Origin: an uncultured Verrucomicrobiae bacterium
GTDB taxonomy: Bacteria > Verrucomicrobiota > Verrucomicrobiia > Chthoniobacterales > JAFAMB01
Assembly (NCBI GenBank): GCA_963837955.1
Contig: CAWIPH010000002.1
Coordinates: forward strand, 3,136,001 to 3,200,000
Length of the DNA stretch: 64,000 nt
Direction: 5' to 3'
Position numbers and translations under genes: made by a program. Below, one piece after another: positions 20,153 to 30,309 of this stretch (position 1 is its first letter; the number at the start of each line of letters is the position of its first letter). Under the pieces are notes generated by a model that did no database searches, had not been told where the DNA came from, and was given only the letters and a program-made list of their open reading frames with translations.

Positions 20153-20168
20153 AGCAACTGGTGTGCCA
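20153..20168 (-). promoter_or_regulatory. Sigma-54 (-24/-12) promoter
   Basis: Minus strand reads TGGCACACCAGTTGCT, which is TGGCAC-N5-TTGC with exact GG-N10-GC spacing, about 65 bp upstream of the permease. Confidence 0.75.
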
Positions 20169-20362
20169 TGGGGTTACAGGAGGACGGGAATCGGCAGGGT
20201 CTAGCTGCGTCCTAGGAAATGCACGTCTTTAAAGCCAGGTGCGCGTAACTGGCGAAAGCGCCTCAACCGTCGCAGGAGCGTGAGATCGAGCCCTGTCTGC
20301 AGAAGAGAGATTCCTGAACCCAGAAGAAAGAGGAATCCCGAATCGGTAACGGCTAATCCGTC

Positions 20363-20956
20363 CTATAAACCAAAAAAACTCCAGAACGAACGGCGTGGCC
20401 GGCGGTTTGGTTCGCCGATGTCCCGTGTTTGGTCGTTCGGATAGCTGGCTTGGTAGAGTCTATTTCGAGGCGTCGTTCCGAATACGGTGACCGGCGTTCC
20501 GATCGACACAGCTTGGAAGAATGCTATCGCCTTCTGCTCCGGCATGCGAACACAACCGTGCGAAGCTGGATACCCCGGCAGATAGCCGGCATGGAGGCCG
20601 AATCCCGGAGCGAACTGCATGAAGTAATGCATCGGAGCGTTCATAAACCGGGTGCCGGCGGGCGTGACCATATCGACATCTGCGTCGGTAACCACAGTTT
20701 GGCCGCTCCGATCGACTATCTTCCCGTAAATACTGGAAGTGTGATTTAGGTCTTTATCAGTAATCCGATAGGAACCGCTCGGAGTAAGATGCCCGTATCG
20801 GCCGCTACTGATCGGCGATTCCATGACGGCTCGTCCGTCATAGAGGAGATACGCCTTTTGGTCTCCAAGATCTATCTCGACGGAATATTGAGCCAATGCA
20901 GCTCCGGCCGTGAAGACCGAAGAAATGGCCGCCAGAAAAATCGCCTTCATAGCCAA
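20363..20956 (-). CDS. L,D-transpeptidase (YkuD family)
   Basis: Signal peptide; HAGYLPGYPASHGCVRM catalytic motif. Confidence 0.92.
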   Translation of the reverse strand: MAMKAIFLAAISSVFTAGAALAQYSVEIDLGDQKAYLLYDGRAVMESPISSGRYGHLTPSGSYRITDKDLNHTSSIYGKIVDRSGQTVVTDADVDMVTPAGTRFMNAPMHYFMQFAPGFGLHAGYLPGYPASHGCVRMPEQKAIAFFQAVSIGTPVTVFGTTPRNRLYQASYPNDQTRDIGEPNRRPRRSFWSFFGL

Positions 20957-21261
20957 AAAGTTGGTTTGAGGGGTTAGACGTCTCTTAAATAATCCGGGTT
21001 ACGCTGATTGTATAGGGGTAGGTTCGGCGCCCGGCGAAGCGTGGAGAACCTACAGGGTAGCCTGATCGTCCACGCTCAGCACCCAGCGTGAGCGATTTCT
21101 TATGGCACGCCCTTAGACATTGGGGATCAACGGCGAGATCGCATCACAATGGGTTACGGAGGCTGGAGCATCCGCCTACGTTCAGTTACGGCGAGACAAG
21201 TCAGCGCTAAAAAAATAAGGACCTCGACAAGGTTCGATTCGCGCTATTATTTCGCCATCTG

Positions 21262-21915
21262 ATGGATGCGAGCATCGATGTTGCCAAATTGCGCAAAGAA
21301 TACACATTGCGCGGATTGCATCGCACGGATCTGCTAGCCGATCCATTCGAGCAGTTTGGTCGCTGGTTTGAAGAGTCGGTGCGATCGGCGGGAGATCGTG
21401 AGCCTAACGCGATGACTCTCGCGACAGCGACCCCTGACGGCTACCCATCCGTTAGAGTGGTCTTGTTGAAAGGCTTCAACAGCCAAGGTTTTGTTTTTTT
21501 CACAAACTACGAAAGCCGTAAAGGAGAGCACCTTGAGCGGAATCCCCGGGCAGCGCTGAATTTTCATTGGCCGTGGCTCGAGCGACAAATCCAGATCGAG
21601 GGTCCGGTCGAAAAAGTGAGCCGGGATGAATCGCAAATTTACTTCGATAAACGGCCCCTCAAGAGTCGCCTAAGCGCGATCATTTCCGCACAGAGCGAGG
21701 TGGTTGTCAGCAGGCGAGAGCTGGAGAATCGACTGAAAGAAGCCGAGAAACAGTTTTCCGGCAAAAATCCTCCCGTACCGGATTTTTGGGGCGGCTATCG
21801 TGTTTCCCCTGATCGAATCGAGTTCTGGCAGGGCCGCGAGAACAGGTTGCACGACCGATTTTTGTACACGCGCCAAAGCGATGGATCATGGCGAATCGAT
21901 CGACTCAGTCCTTGA
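21262..21915 (+). CDS. pdxH: Pyridoxamine 5'-phosphate oxidase
   Basis: RVVLLK, FFTNYESRKG and EFWQGRENRLHDR motifs. Confidence 0.97.
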   Translation: MDASIDVAKLRKEYTLRGLHRTDLLADPFEQFGRWFEESVRSAGDREPNAMTLATATPDGYPSVRVVLLKGFNSQGFVFFTNYESRKGEHLERNPRAALNFHWPWLERQIQIEGPVEKVSRDESQIYFDKRPLKSRLSAIISAQSEVVVSRRELENRLKEAEKQFSGKNPPVPDFWGGYRVSPDRIEFWQGRENRLHDRFLYTRQSDGSWRIDRLSP

Positions 21916-22781
21916 CGCCGGTCATACCTGTCGACAAACCGCGACTGGTCAGAATTTCCGGTAACGGAATCTATCTCGCCAAGACCTTAGAGTGCGGACA
22001 GGTGTTTCATTGGACTCGTTGTGAGAGCGGTTTTGCCGGCGCGATCGGGGAGACACCTTGTTATCTGGAACCCGTCGACTCCAGCCTTTTGGTACCCGAG
22101 GGTCAAGAGGCTCTCGTAAGTCATTATCTTTCTCTGGATCATCCGATAGATCTCATTGAAGCGAGCTTTCCTGTTGATCCAGCTCTACAGGCCGCCACAA
22201 GATTCAGCCATGGCATCCGGATCATTCGCCAACCAATCTGGGAATGTCTCGCGACCTTTTTAACCTCCGCGATGAAACAGGTGAGTCACATCCGGAGCAT
22301 ATCGTTAGCGGTGCGCAAGCGACTGGGAAAATCCGCAAGGTTTGGCTCAATCGAGCTCTACACGTTTCCATCGCCCGAGGTAGTTGCAGCCAGCGAGCTA
22401 ACCGACCTGCTGGAATGCCGGCTCGGGTTTCGGGCCCGAAACGTCCTGGCCACAGCGCAAATGGTAGCAGCAAACGAAATTCGACTCGAGGCGCTCGCCA
22501 ACCTGCCAACCGCTGAAGTGCGCGAGACTCTTTGTCGCTTTCCGGGAGTGGGCGATAAGATTGCTAATTGCGTTTTACTCTTTGCCTACGGACGAATGGA
22601 CGCCGTACCAATCGACGTTTGGATCGGTCGGGCGTTACAGCAAACCTACTTTTCTGGGAACGAGAAAATCGGAGCGGCGCGTTTGTCGGAATTCTGCAGC
22701 TATTTCGGACCCTACGCTGGTTATGCCCAGCAGTACCTATTTCACCACTGGCGGATGACCTATCGGAAACGACATGATTGA
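21912..22781 (+). CDS. ogg: 8-oxoguanine DNA glycosylase (OGG1-type, HhH-GPD)
   Basis: TLECGQVFHW, HhH FPGVGDKIANC, PIDVW, YAGYAQQYLF. Start set at the TTG overlapping the pdxH stop. Confidence 0.88.
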   Translation: MTPVIPVDKPRLVRISGNGIYLAKTLECGQVFHWTRCESGFAGAIGETPCYLEPVDSSLLVPEGQEALVSHYLSLDHPIDLIEASFPVDPALQAATRFSHGIRIIRQPIWECLATFLTSAMKQVSHIRSISLAVRKRLGKSARFGSIELYTFPSPEVVAASELTDLLECRLGFRARNVLATAQMVAANEIRLEALANLPTAEVRETLCRFPGVGDKIANCVLLFAYGRMDAVPIDVWIGRALQQTYFSGNEKIGAARLSEFCSYFGPYAGYAQQYLFHHWRMTYRKRHD

Positions 22782-23490
22782 CGTCGCACTTTCACCTTCC
22801 GAGATCAGCCATTTGTCCGAAACCGATCTACGCGAAACGACCGTTGTCGTTTTTGATGTGCTGCGGGCCACCTCCAGCATGGTCACCGGCCTAGCACACG
22901 ATGTTGCCTGGTTTTGGCCGGTAAGCACGCTCGAAGCGGCCAGGGCCCGGAAGCAGCAAGACCCGGATCTCTTGTTGGCTGGAGAAAGGAATGGGATTCC
23001 TCCTCCTGATTTTGATTTGGGTAATTCTCCGGCAGAATTCAAGAACCTCCGCGATCGGCGAATCATCATAACGACTACGAACGGCACGGTTGCGTTGGCG
23101 CGGGTGCGAGGAGCAAAAACGGTTTTCATTGGCGCTCTTGTAAACATCGCTGCACTCGCGGCGATCATTCGGGCGACCGAACCTGAACATCTGCTGTTGG
23201 TCTGCGCTGGGACCGGCGACCGATTTAGTTTGGAAGACGCCGTCGGGGCAGGTGCCCTTTTGGCCAACCTCAAGCGAAACGATTACTCGGACGCCGCCTC
23301 GATGGTGCGCTCTCTGTACGATCAGGTTCGCGACGATCTCGAGACTTGCCTTCGCAATTCGCAAAATGGACGCGTTTTGCTGGCGCTCGGAAAAGGGAAC
23401 GATGTGCAGGATTGCAGCCAACTATCAGTCTACAACATGGTCGGCGTTATGCGCGATGAAGCCGTTGTTCCGGCAAAAATGACCGCTTGA
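22774..23490 (+). CDS. comB: 2-phosphosulfolactate phosphatase family protein
   Basis: VVFDVLRATS, GERNG...FDLGNSP, TTTNGT and FSLEDA motifs. Confidence 0.92.
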   Translation: MIDVALSPSEISHLSETDLRETTVVVFDVLRATSSMVTGLAHDVAWFWPVSTLEAARARKQQDPDLLLAGERNGIPPPDFDLGNSPAEFKNLRDRRIIITTTNGTVALARVRGAKTVFIGALVNIAALAAIIRATEPEHLLLVCAGTGDRFSLEDAVGAGALLANLKRNDYSDAASMVRSLYDQVRDDLETCLRNSQNGRVLLALGKGNDVQDCSQLSVYNMVGVMRDEAVVPAKMTA

Positions 23491-23564
23491 CTGAAGAACG
23501 CACCGCAGAGCGTTTCGCGCTTGAGCGATCGGAAAACTGGGCCTAGTCTACCGCGATTTTGTCG

Positions 23565-24530
23565 ATGTCAAACCGGAAGAAGGTAACACTAGCGGTTGTT
23601 GGGTCGCTCCTTTTGCACCTGGTTCTTGCGCTCAGTGTGGTCGGCTATTATGCGGTCTTCCCGCCCCCGCCGAATCCGCCGGCGAAGGAGACAGACGATA
23701 AATTGCCCGAGCTGACCTTACTGGACACGCCTCCGGGTCAGCAGCAGCGGCAGTATGTTCGGACCGAGGACGATCAGAAAACGGACAAAAAGCCCGACGA
23801 TCCACAGTTTGAATCAGATAAGGATACAGCGGCCGCTTCCGAGAAAGAGGGTAAAACTCCCGGTCCTCTTCCTGAACAGGAGGGCAAGAACTTAGAGGAT
23901 CTGATGTTCAAGAATCACGATTTCTCGCTCGATACAAAGGGCGCAGACTATAATCGCCAAAGCGCCAATGGCGGCGAACCGGCCCAGGCAACCCCCGCTC
24001 CTACGCCAACCGCTTCGCCTAGCCCGGCTTCGTCGCCAGACCCAGAAGAGCTGGCTATGCTCGTCTCGACCCCTACTCCAACGCCTCCGCCCAACCCCCA
24101 GCAAAACAACGCCCAACAACAGAACAAGCAGAAACAAGGAGCCCCTCAGACCGCTTATCGTCCTCAACAAATAATCACGCGGATGCAGGGAAATGTCTCG
24201 AACCGTGGCCACTCTTCCGTCGGAGCGATTGGTACCCCGCAAGGAAGGTTTCAAAAAGCCGTAGAGGATGCCATCGGATCGCGCTGGTATTACTACGTCG
24301 GCCAGCGCGCCGACCTAGTTGAAATCGGAACCGTCCGCATCGAGTTTAGAATAATGCCTTCCGGCCGGGTAAAGGACGCCAGGATTATTAGCAATTCATC
24401 TAATCAAACCTTTGGAAGCGTTTCTTTGCAATCCATTCTTGATGCGAGTATCCCGGAGATGCCTCCGGAACTCGCCACTCTAGTGCCCGCAAGCGGCCTC
24501 GAGTTCACGTTCTCATTCACCGAAATGTAA
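23565..24530 (+). CDS. TonB/TolA-like energy transducer
   Basis: N-terminal TM with SLLLH, Pro/Gln-rich linker, TonB_C-like C-terminus; directly upstream of exbB/exbD. Confidence 0.82.
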   Translation: MSNRKKVTLAVVGSLLLHLVLALSVVGYYAVFPPPPNPPAKETDDKLPELTLLDTPPGQQQRQYVRTEDDQKTDKKPDDPQFESDKDTAAASEKEGKTPGPLPEQEGKNLEDLMFKNHDFSLDTKGADYNRQSANGGEPAQATPAPTPTASPSPASSPDPEELAMLVSTPTPTPPPNPQQNNAQQQNKQKQGAPQTAYRPQQIITRMQGNVSNRGHSSVGAIGTPQGRFQKAVEDAIGSRWYYYVGQRADLVEIGTVRIEFRIMPSGRVKDARIISNSSNQTFGSVSLQSILDASIPEMPPELATLVPASGLEFTFSFTEM

Positions 24531-24544
24531 ATTTGTAAGCTTCC

Positions 24545-25297
24545 ATGAACTATCTCGCACTCTTCGACAACCCACTCGATTTCTTCATCAAAGGCGGAGT
24601 CTTCATGTGGGTGCTGCTCGCCTGCTCTTTCGTCGCCTTGACTGTGATCTTGCTGCGTGTGTTCGCGCTGCGCAAAGGAGAAATCGTTCCGCGCCTGATT
24701 GCCAAGACGATCGCTTCCTACCAGCCAGGCGAGCGACTCGATCATCTTCGTCGACTCGTCGCAGGAGATGACTCGGCGCTAGCCAGGATCGTCGACGTGG
24801 CACTTCGCCCCTACCATGCATCGCGCGGCGAGACCGTCGAGGCAATACAAGCGCGCGCGCGCCGCGAAATGTTGGGCCTGGAGAGCGGGCTGTTCATTCT
24901 GGAGATCATCGTGGGTATCGCTCCGCTGCTCGGTCTGCTAGGTGCCGTGAGCGGCTTGGTGCACGTATTCGGCAACATCGGGTCAGGGGTGATGTCCACC
25001 AGCGACCTCAAAGGGATCGCGTCGGGCATCGGCGAGGCACTGAGCACAACGATCGTCGGTTTGGCCATCGCCATTCTGTCGTTGATCGCCTTTCTTTCTT
25101 TCACCCGGCGGGTAGAAACCGTGGCGGTGCAAATGGAATCCATGGTCACCGATTTGGTAGATAAGCTTTACCAGAACGGTGGTACGCGTGAAGAAACCGA
25201 ATCTGAGGCTGGTGACGCGTCAGAACCGGCTGATAAATCGACCGCATTCAAGGATCGACCCAAAACAGTGCGGCCCTGGGAGGAAGCAGCTCGATGA
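24545..25297 (+). CDS. exbB: MotA/TolQ/ExbB proton channel
   Basis: APLLGLLGAVSG and GIGEALSTTIVGL motifs. Confidence 0.9.
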   Translation: MNYLALFDNPLDFFIKGGVFMWVLLACSFVALTVILLRVFALRKGEIVPRLIAKTIASYQPGERLDHLRRLVAGDDSALARIVDVALRPYHASRGETVEAIQARARREMLGLESGLFILEIIVGIAPLLGLLGAVSGLVHVFGNIGSGVMSTSDLKGIASGIGEALSTTIVGLAIAILSLIAFLSFTRRVETVAVQMESMVTDLVDKLYQNGGTREETESEAGDASEPADKSTAFKDRPKTVRPWEEAAR

Positions 25298-25713
25298 GGT
25301 TCTATACCAAACGGAAGAGAACCCCGCAGATTATCATCGTTTCATTGATCGACATCTTCGCGATGTTGCTCATTTTCTTTATCGTCACCACCACGTTTAA
25401 AACCGCGCAGTCGCAGCTTTCGATCAATCTCCCGGAATCCAAAAGTGCGTCGCAGGGTCAAAACACCGAAGAGCCGTTGGTGCTAGCGATCACCAAGGAT
25501 GAAAAACTCTACCTCGGCGACAAACCGGTGAGCAATGTGGACGAACTTGCCGTTTCTTTGAAAGATTTTCAGCAGAAATCACCTAATCGCTCAATTGCGA
25601 TGAGTGCCTCAAAGGAGGTCTCGTTCGGCTTCCTGGTGCAGGTATTAGATGCATTGAAACAGGCCGGTATCAAAAACCTGCCGACGTTTACTCAACCAAA
25701 AGAACAGAAATGA
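25294..25713 (+). CDS. exbD: ExbD/TolR biopolymer transport protein
   Basis: SLIDIFAMLLIFFIVT TM segment with the conserved Asp. Confidence 0.9.
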   Translation: MRFYTKRKRTPQIIIVSLIDIFAMLLIFFIVTTTFKTAQSQLSINLPESKSASQGQNTEEPLVLAITKDEKLYLGDKPVSNVDELAVSLKDFQQKSPNRSIAMSASKEVSFGFLVQVLDALKQAGIKNLPTFTQPKEQK

Positions 25714-26264
25714 TTCGGGAGATCGTTATTTACGGTGATCCCGTCCTGCGGACGAAGGGCCGAAAGATCACAAAAATCGACGATGATGTCCGCCAACTCG
25801 CTGCCGATATGATCGATACGATGAACGAAGCCGGGGGCGTAGGATTGGCTGCTCAACAGGTCGGAGAAGCGTTGCAGCTTACCGTCATCGACGTAAGCAA
25901 TGCGGAGAACCGGCCGAGCCAAATGTGGATTGACGGTCAAGAAGTCGACCTGGAAGCTCACATGCCTCTCATTTTAGTTAATCCACAGCTAAAGCTTAGC
26001 CGCGAAACTGAGGTCGGCCCAGAGGGTTGCCTCAGTTTTCCCGAAGTAACTGGTGAAATCACGCGCGCGGCCCGGGTGACCGTGAAAGCGACTGACCTGG
26101 AAGGTAATGTGATCGAATTCGAGGCGGAAGGCCTGTTAGCCCGTGCCGCCCAACATGAGGTCGACCACCTCAATGGCGTGCTTTTCATCGACCGGATGAG
26201 TTCCGCAGCCAAAGCCTCGTTGGGTGGCAAACTCAAGCGATTGGCGGCGGGCGAAGTCGAGTAG
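25710..26264 (+). CDS. def: Peptide deformylase
   Basis: GVGLAAQQ, EGCLS and QHEVDHLNG motifs. Confidence 0.97.
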   Translation: MIREIVIYGDPVLRTKGRKITKIDDDVRQLAADMIDTMNEAGGVGLAAQQVGEALQLTVIDVSNAENRPSQMWIDGQEVDLEAHMPLILVNPQLKLSRETEVGPEGCLSFPEVTGEITRAARVTVKATDLEGNVIEFEAEGLLARAAQHEVDHLNGVLFIDRMSSAAKASLGGKLKRLAAGEVE

Positions 26265-26292
26265 AAGATCAGTGCGGGATGAAGATCGAGTT

Positions 26293-26590
26293 CGTCCCGA
26301 TAGGGACAGAATGAAAGTAGCCCAGCAATTTATTGCTGGATAAATCGCGTGAAAGGGCGATGCCGTCCCGACAGGGACGCAATGAAAGTAGCCCAGCAAT
26401 TTATTGCTGGGTAAAGGTTAAAAAACGTGTCCGTCCCGGTAGGGACGATCGACCACCGCCTGTGATCGTGAATCCGCATTGGAGGCCAATAACTGACCGC
26501 TTCTATCGTCCCTCTCGGGACGGGATCGCCTTCGGTTCAATTCCCAGCAATAAATTGCTGGGCTACTTTCATTCTGTCCCTCCGGGACGG
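26293..26590. repeat. REPIN-like element (inverted REP units around a spacer)
   Basis: Unit cgtccc..gggac-AATGAAAGTAGCCCAGCAATTTATTGCTGG occurs twice direct (about 26293 and 26363) and once inverted (26543-26590). Confidence 0.88.
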
Positions 26591-26783
26591 ATCTCTTCGC
26601 TGTGTCCAAAACCGCGTCCCACGCCCATGTGCTAATGCAACAGGCCCGTCGCGCCGGTTGTTTACGCGCGCACCTGCGGGTTTAGCGTGCTAACGCAGCC
26701 TCAGACTTGCCTACTGGGGTCCAATAGGAGAATTCTCAAGCATCCCATCCTTTCAATAGATCCAAACCGCCTCATAATTTTCT

Positions 26784-28958
26784 ATGGTCGCTCGCTTCAA
26801 TTTGTTGCTCTCCTTCTTGTTCGTAGCACCCCTGGCCTGGGCGGACCAAGCCAGCGAATCCGACCAATATCTTCGGCGGTTAACGGAGACCCAAAACTTT
26901 TCGCTCGGACGGCCTACCCACGCCGAGCCGACGGCCGACGGGAAGTCGGTGATTTTTCTACGCGCAATCTCAGCCCAAGATCGAACGAACGCGTTATACG
27001 AATTTGACGGAGCGACCCATGAGACAAAAACTTTGGTGACACCGGATGAGTTGTTACACGGTGCTACCGAGCATCTCTCTGCTGAAGAAAAGGCGCGACG
27101 TGAGCGCACTCGCACGACTACCAGGGGCATCGTCGCGTTTAAGCTTTCCCGCGATGGTTCGCAGGTTCTGTTCAATCTGAATGGACAAATCTTCGTGCTA
27201 AACCGCGCCGACGGAAAAGCGACGCAGTTGCAAACCGGGGAAGGCTCAGCCATAGATCCGACTTTTTCGCCGGACGGCCAACGCGTGGCTTACGTGCGCA
27301 ACAACAATCTCTTTGTTTACGATCTCCGCTCGAACCAAGAACAAGCCATCACCAAAGATGGTACCGAATTAAAATCGTATGGGATCGCCGAGTTTGTCGC
27401 CCAAGAGGAGATGGATCGAACGAGCGGGTTTTGGTGGCTACCCGACAGCAGCTCCATCGTTTACCAGGTCAATGACAATTCACAGGTCGAGATCTGGAAC
27501 ATCGCGGATCCAGCGTTTCCAGAGAATCCCCCTTTTCCTAGCCGTTACCCACGTCCAGGAAAAGCGAATGTGTCGGTCCGGCTAGCGCTCTGTTCTGTCG
27601 AACAACCCGAGGTGGTCCGGTCGATCGAATGGGACCACGACAAATATCCGTACTTGGTGCGGGTCACCGCCTCCGAGGATGGCCCGTTAACCATCACCGT
27701 CGAGACACGAGAACAACATGATTTGGCTCTTCTGTCGGTCGACCTGTCGAACGGTCAAACGCATCCACTGGTGGAGGAACATGATCCGGCCTGGGTAAAT
27801 ATCGACCAGCAGATGCCACACTGGTTGCCAGGAGGAACATTCCTCTGGACCACCGAACGCGGAGGAGCCTGGCAGCTGGAGTTGCGCCGGCCAGACGGTC
27901 AGCTGGAAAAGGTTCTACTTCCCCCGAGTGCCCATTATTGGCGCCTCGGCGGTGTTACTTCCGATCAAATTTTCTATTTGGCCGATGAAGATCCCACCAC
28001 CCGCGAGCTTTGGCAGATCGCAATAGACGGAACGCGAGCGCGTAAAGTCTCAGGCGGTGTACATGAGGTCGAATTTGGAGAACATCCGAATTCTCTGTAC
28101 CTAGACATCGTCGCGACACCCAACTCTTTGCCAAAGACGTTCGTGCGGCAGGTTGACGGATCGACACTAGGCGAGCTACCGAGCGGCGCCGAGGATCCAC
28201 CTTACTTTCCTCGGATCGAGTTTACTCAAGTAAATAGCGATCCCATTTTTTACGCTGTTCTAATTCGTCCCCGCGACTTCGACCCAAACAAGAAATATCC
28301 GGTCATAGTCGACGTTTACGGTGGACCTGGTTTCAACCGGGTAGTCCAATCGGCCCGGAACTACCTCATGGATCAATGGCTCGCGGACCAGGGCTTTATT
28401 GTGGTCTCGATGGATGGACGCGGAACTCCCGGTCGCGGCCGAGATTGGGAACGCGCCATCTATCTGAAGCTAGGAGAAATCCCGCTGGCAGATCAAGTGA
28501 CGGCATTACGCTCACTCGGCTCGATTTATCCGGAGCTGGACTTGGATCGGGTCGGGATTTCCGGCTGGTCCTTTGGTGGATATATGTCGGTGCTAGCGGT
28601 ACTGCGGCAACCGGGCGTATTCAAAGCCGCCGTCGCCGGCGCTCCTGTGACCGATTGGCTCGATTATGACACCCATTACACTGAGCGATATCTTGGTCTG
28701 CCGGGGCAAGAAATCTATACGGCAGCTTCTCTACTCGAAGACGCCCCCCGCCTGCACAATCCGTTGCTCCTGATTCACGGAACTGCCGACGATAATGTCT
28801 ACTTGCGCCACAGCCTGAAATTGATAGACCAGCTCGAACGCGGCGGGCGCTCCTTCGAGTTTCTCCCGCTCCGCGGTTCGACCCATATGGTACCCGATCC
28901 GGCTTTGCGTCAACAGGTAGAAAAGCGCACTGTGACCTTTTTCCGCCAACACTTGTGA
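26784..28958 (+). CDS. S9B dipeptidyl-peptidase IV-like protein
   Basis: Signal peptide, AQEE motif, GWSFGG nucleophile, HGTADDNV, C-terminal His. Confidence 0.95.
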   Translation: MVARFNLLLSFLFVAPLAWADQASESDQYLRRLTETQNFSLGRPTHAEPTADGKSVIFLRAISAQDRTNALYEFDGATHETKTLVTPDELLHGATEHLSAEEKARRERTRTTTRGIVAFKLSRDGSQVLFNLNGQIFVLNRADGKATQLQTGEGSAIDPTFSPDGQRVAYVRNNNLFVYDLRSNQEQAITKDGTELKSYGIAEFVAQEEMDRTSGFWWLPDSSSIVYQVNDNSQVEIWNIADPAFPENPPFPSRYPRPGKANVSVRLALCSVEQPEVVRSIEWDHDKYPYLVRVTASEDGPLTITVETREQHDLALLSVDLSNGQTHPLVEEHDPAWVNIDQQMPHWLPGGTFLWTTERGGAWQLELRRPDGQLEKVLLPPSAHYWRLGGVTSDQIFYLADEDPTTRELWQIAIDGTRARKVSGGVHEVEFGEHPNSLYLDIVATPNSLPKTFVRQVDGSTLGELPSGAEDPPYFPRIEFTQVNSDPIFYAVLIRPRDFDPNKKYPVIVDVYGGPGFNRVVQSARNYLMDQWLADQGFIVVSMDGRGTPGRGRDWERAIYLKLGEIPLADQVTALRSLGSIYPELDLDRVGISGWSFGGYMSVLAVLRQPGVFKAAVAGAPVTDWLDYDTHYTERYLGLPGQEIYTAASLLEDAPRLHNPLLLIHGTADDNVYLRHSLKLIDQLERGGRSFEFLPLRGSTHMVPDPALRQQVEKRTVTFFRQHL

Positions 28959-29146
28959 TTAAGTTAGACTTGGCATTCCGGTCGCGACGCGCCCCTCAAA
29001 CGCCGTGTCCACTTCCCACGAAAAACCGATCAAGAAGACAGGCATCGCTAATACTGGACTCTTACGCGTTTTTCCGCCAACACTTGATCAGGTTAGGCGC
29101 GGCGAGTGCTTCAGCCGTGAGCTGTTTCCGAACCGAATAGATATTT

Positions 29147-29389
29147 ATGAAAGAGTCTAGACAACATACATTTACAGATTTTCTTTTTGAGCTGCTCATC
29201 TATGCCGCCCTGGTCGTAGTCTACCTGTCTTTGGTCTTTCATTTCCTGGGCGACTGGCTCACGGCAGTCTTCAACGAAAATCGAGTCCTATACGCGGGTC
29301 TTGGTCTAGTCTTTATGCTTATTCAGGCATTCGCTCTGGAGCGCTTGACGACCGGCCTTCTCCTCACCGTTCGCCGCCGCCAGAAATAG
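29147..29389 (+). CDS. Small two-TM hypothetical membrane protein
   Basis: Two hydrophobic helices; ends 2 bp before the TauE gene. Confidence 0.65.
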   Translation: MKESRQHTFTDFLFELLIYAALVVVYLSLVFHFLGDWLTAVFNENRVLYAGLGLVFMLIQAFALERLTTGLLLTVRRRQK

Positions 29390-29391
29390 CA

Positions 29392-30300
29392 ATGTATTTT
29401 CCTATATCGGGCGTTCATCTCGACCCGCTGACTCTGATCGTACTAGGCTTCGTCATTGGTATACTCGGCGGGTTCTTTGGTGTTGGGGGAAGCTTTCTGG
29501 CGGGACCAGCTCTCTTTGCCCTCGGCGTTCCGTTTAATTTTGTGATCGGAACGGATCTTCTCCACATTATGGGGAAGTCAGTGGTTGCTGCTCGAGAACA
29601 TCGCGCGCTCGGGAACATTGACCTTAAATTGGCAGCGATCATGGTCATTGGGACGATCGCCGGATCCGAAACCGGCGTGCAAGCGATCGAGTATCTGAAA
29701 AAGAGCTCTCAGCTGAACCTGGTAGTTGGCACCGTGTCCATCGTCGTCTTTTCCCTGCTGGGTATCCTTTGCGGCGTGGAAGCATGGAGGGCTATACAGC
29801 TCCATCGAAATCCGACCCGAGGCAACGACCCGAAACAGGATGTTCTGGCCTTCGGCTTTTTAGCGCGCGCCATGAAAAGAATCCAGTTGCCTCCGTTTGT
29901 TAATTTGAAACGGTCCGGGATCCAATCTATTTCGATCTGGTCGATCGTCCTAGTCTCCTTGATTGGTGGTCTATTCAGTGGATTCTTGGGAGGAGGCGCT
30001 GGTTACATTCGGATGCCGTCCATGGTTTATCTGCTCGGGATTCCAACGCACATTGCTGTCGGCACTGATCTCTTCGAAATCATCGTTTCCGCCGGATATG
30101 GCGCCACCAGGCACGCTATGAATGGTAACGTGGACATTCTCATTGCTCTGGTCATGCAAACCGGTGCGGCGATCGGAGCACAGACGGGCGCAAACCTTAC
30201 CCAATACTTTAGTGGTCCTCGAATCCGCTTGGCGTTTGCGCCGCTACCGATAATCGGAGCGATTCTAGTCGCCCAAAAACTGCTGAGTGGCGGAAGGTAA
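29392..30300 (+). CDS. TauE/SafE (TSUP) sulfite exporter family
   Basis: GFFGVGGSFL...GTDL and GFLGGGAG...AVGTDLF repeats. Confidence 0.9.
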   Translation: MYFPISGVHLDPLTLIVLGFVIGILGGFFGVGGSFLAGPALFALGVPFNFVIGTDLLHIMGKSVVAAREHRALGNIDLKLAAIMVIGTIAGSETGVQAIEYLKKSSQLNLVVGTVSIVVFSLLGILCGVEAWRAIQLHRNPTRGNDPKQDVLAFGFLARAMKRIQLPPFVNLKRSGIQSISIWSIVLVSLIGGLFSGFLGGGAGYIRMPSMVYLLGIPTHIAVGTDLFEIIVSAGYGATRHAMNGNVDILIALVMQTGAAIGAQTGANLTQYFSGPRIRLAFAPLPIIGAILVAQKLLSGGR

Positions 30301-30309
30301 AGCCCGCAC

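Noticed and set aside
20087..20360. Purine riboswitch upstream of the permease
   Set aside because: No purine-aptamer consensus seen; a sigma-54 motif explains the region better.
21103..21118. Sigma-54 promoter upstream of pdxH (TGGCACG...)
   Set aside because: The -12 position reads GA, not GC.
26293..26590. CRISPR array
   Set aside because: Only three units, one inverted, with no regular unique spacers and no cas genes; the layout is REP/REPIN.
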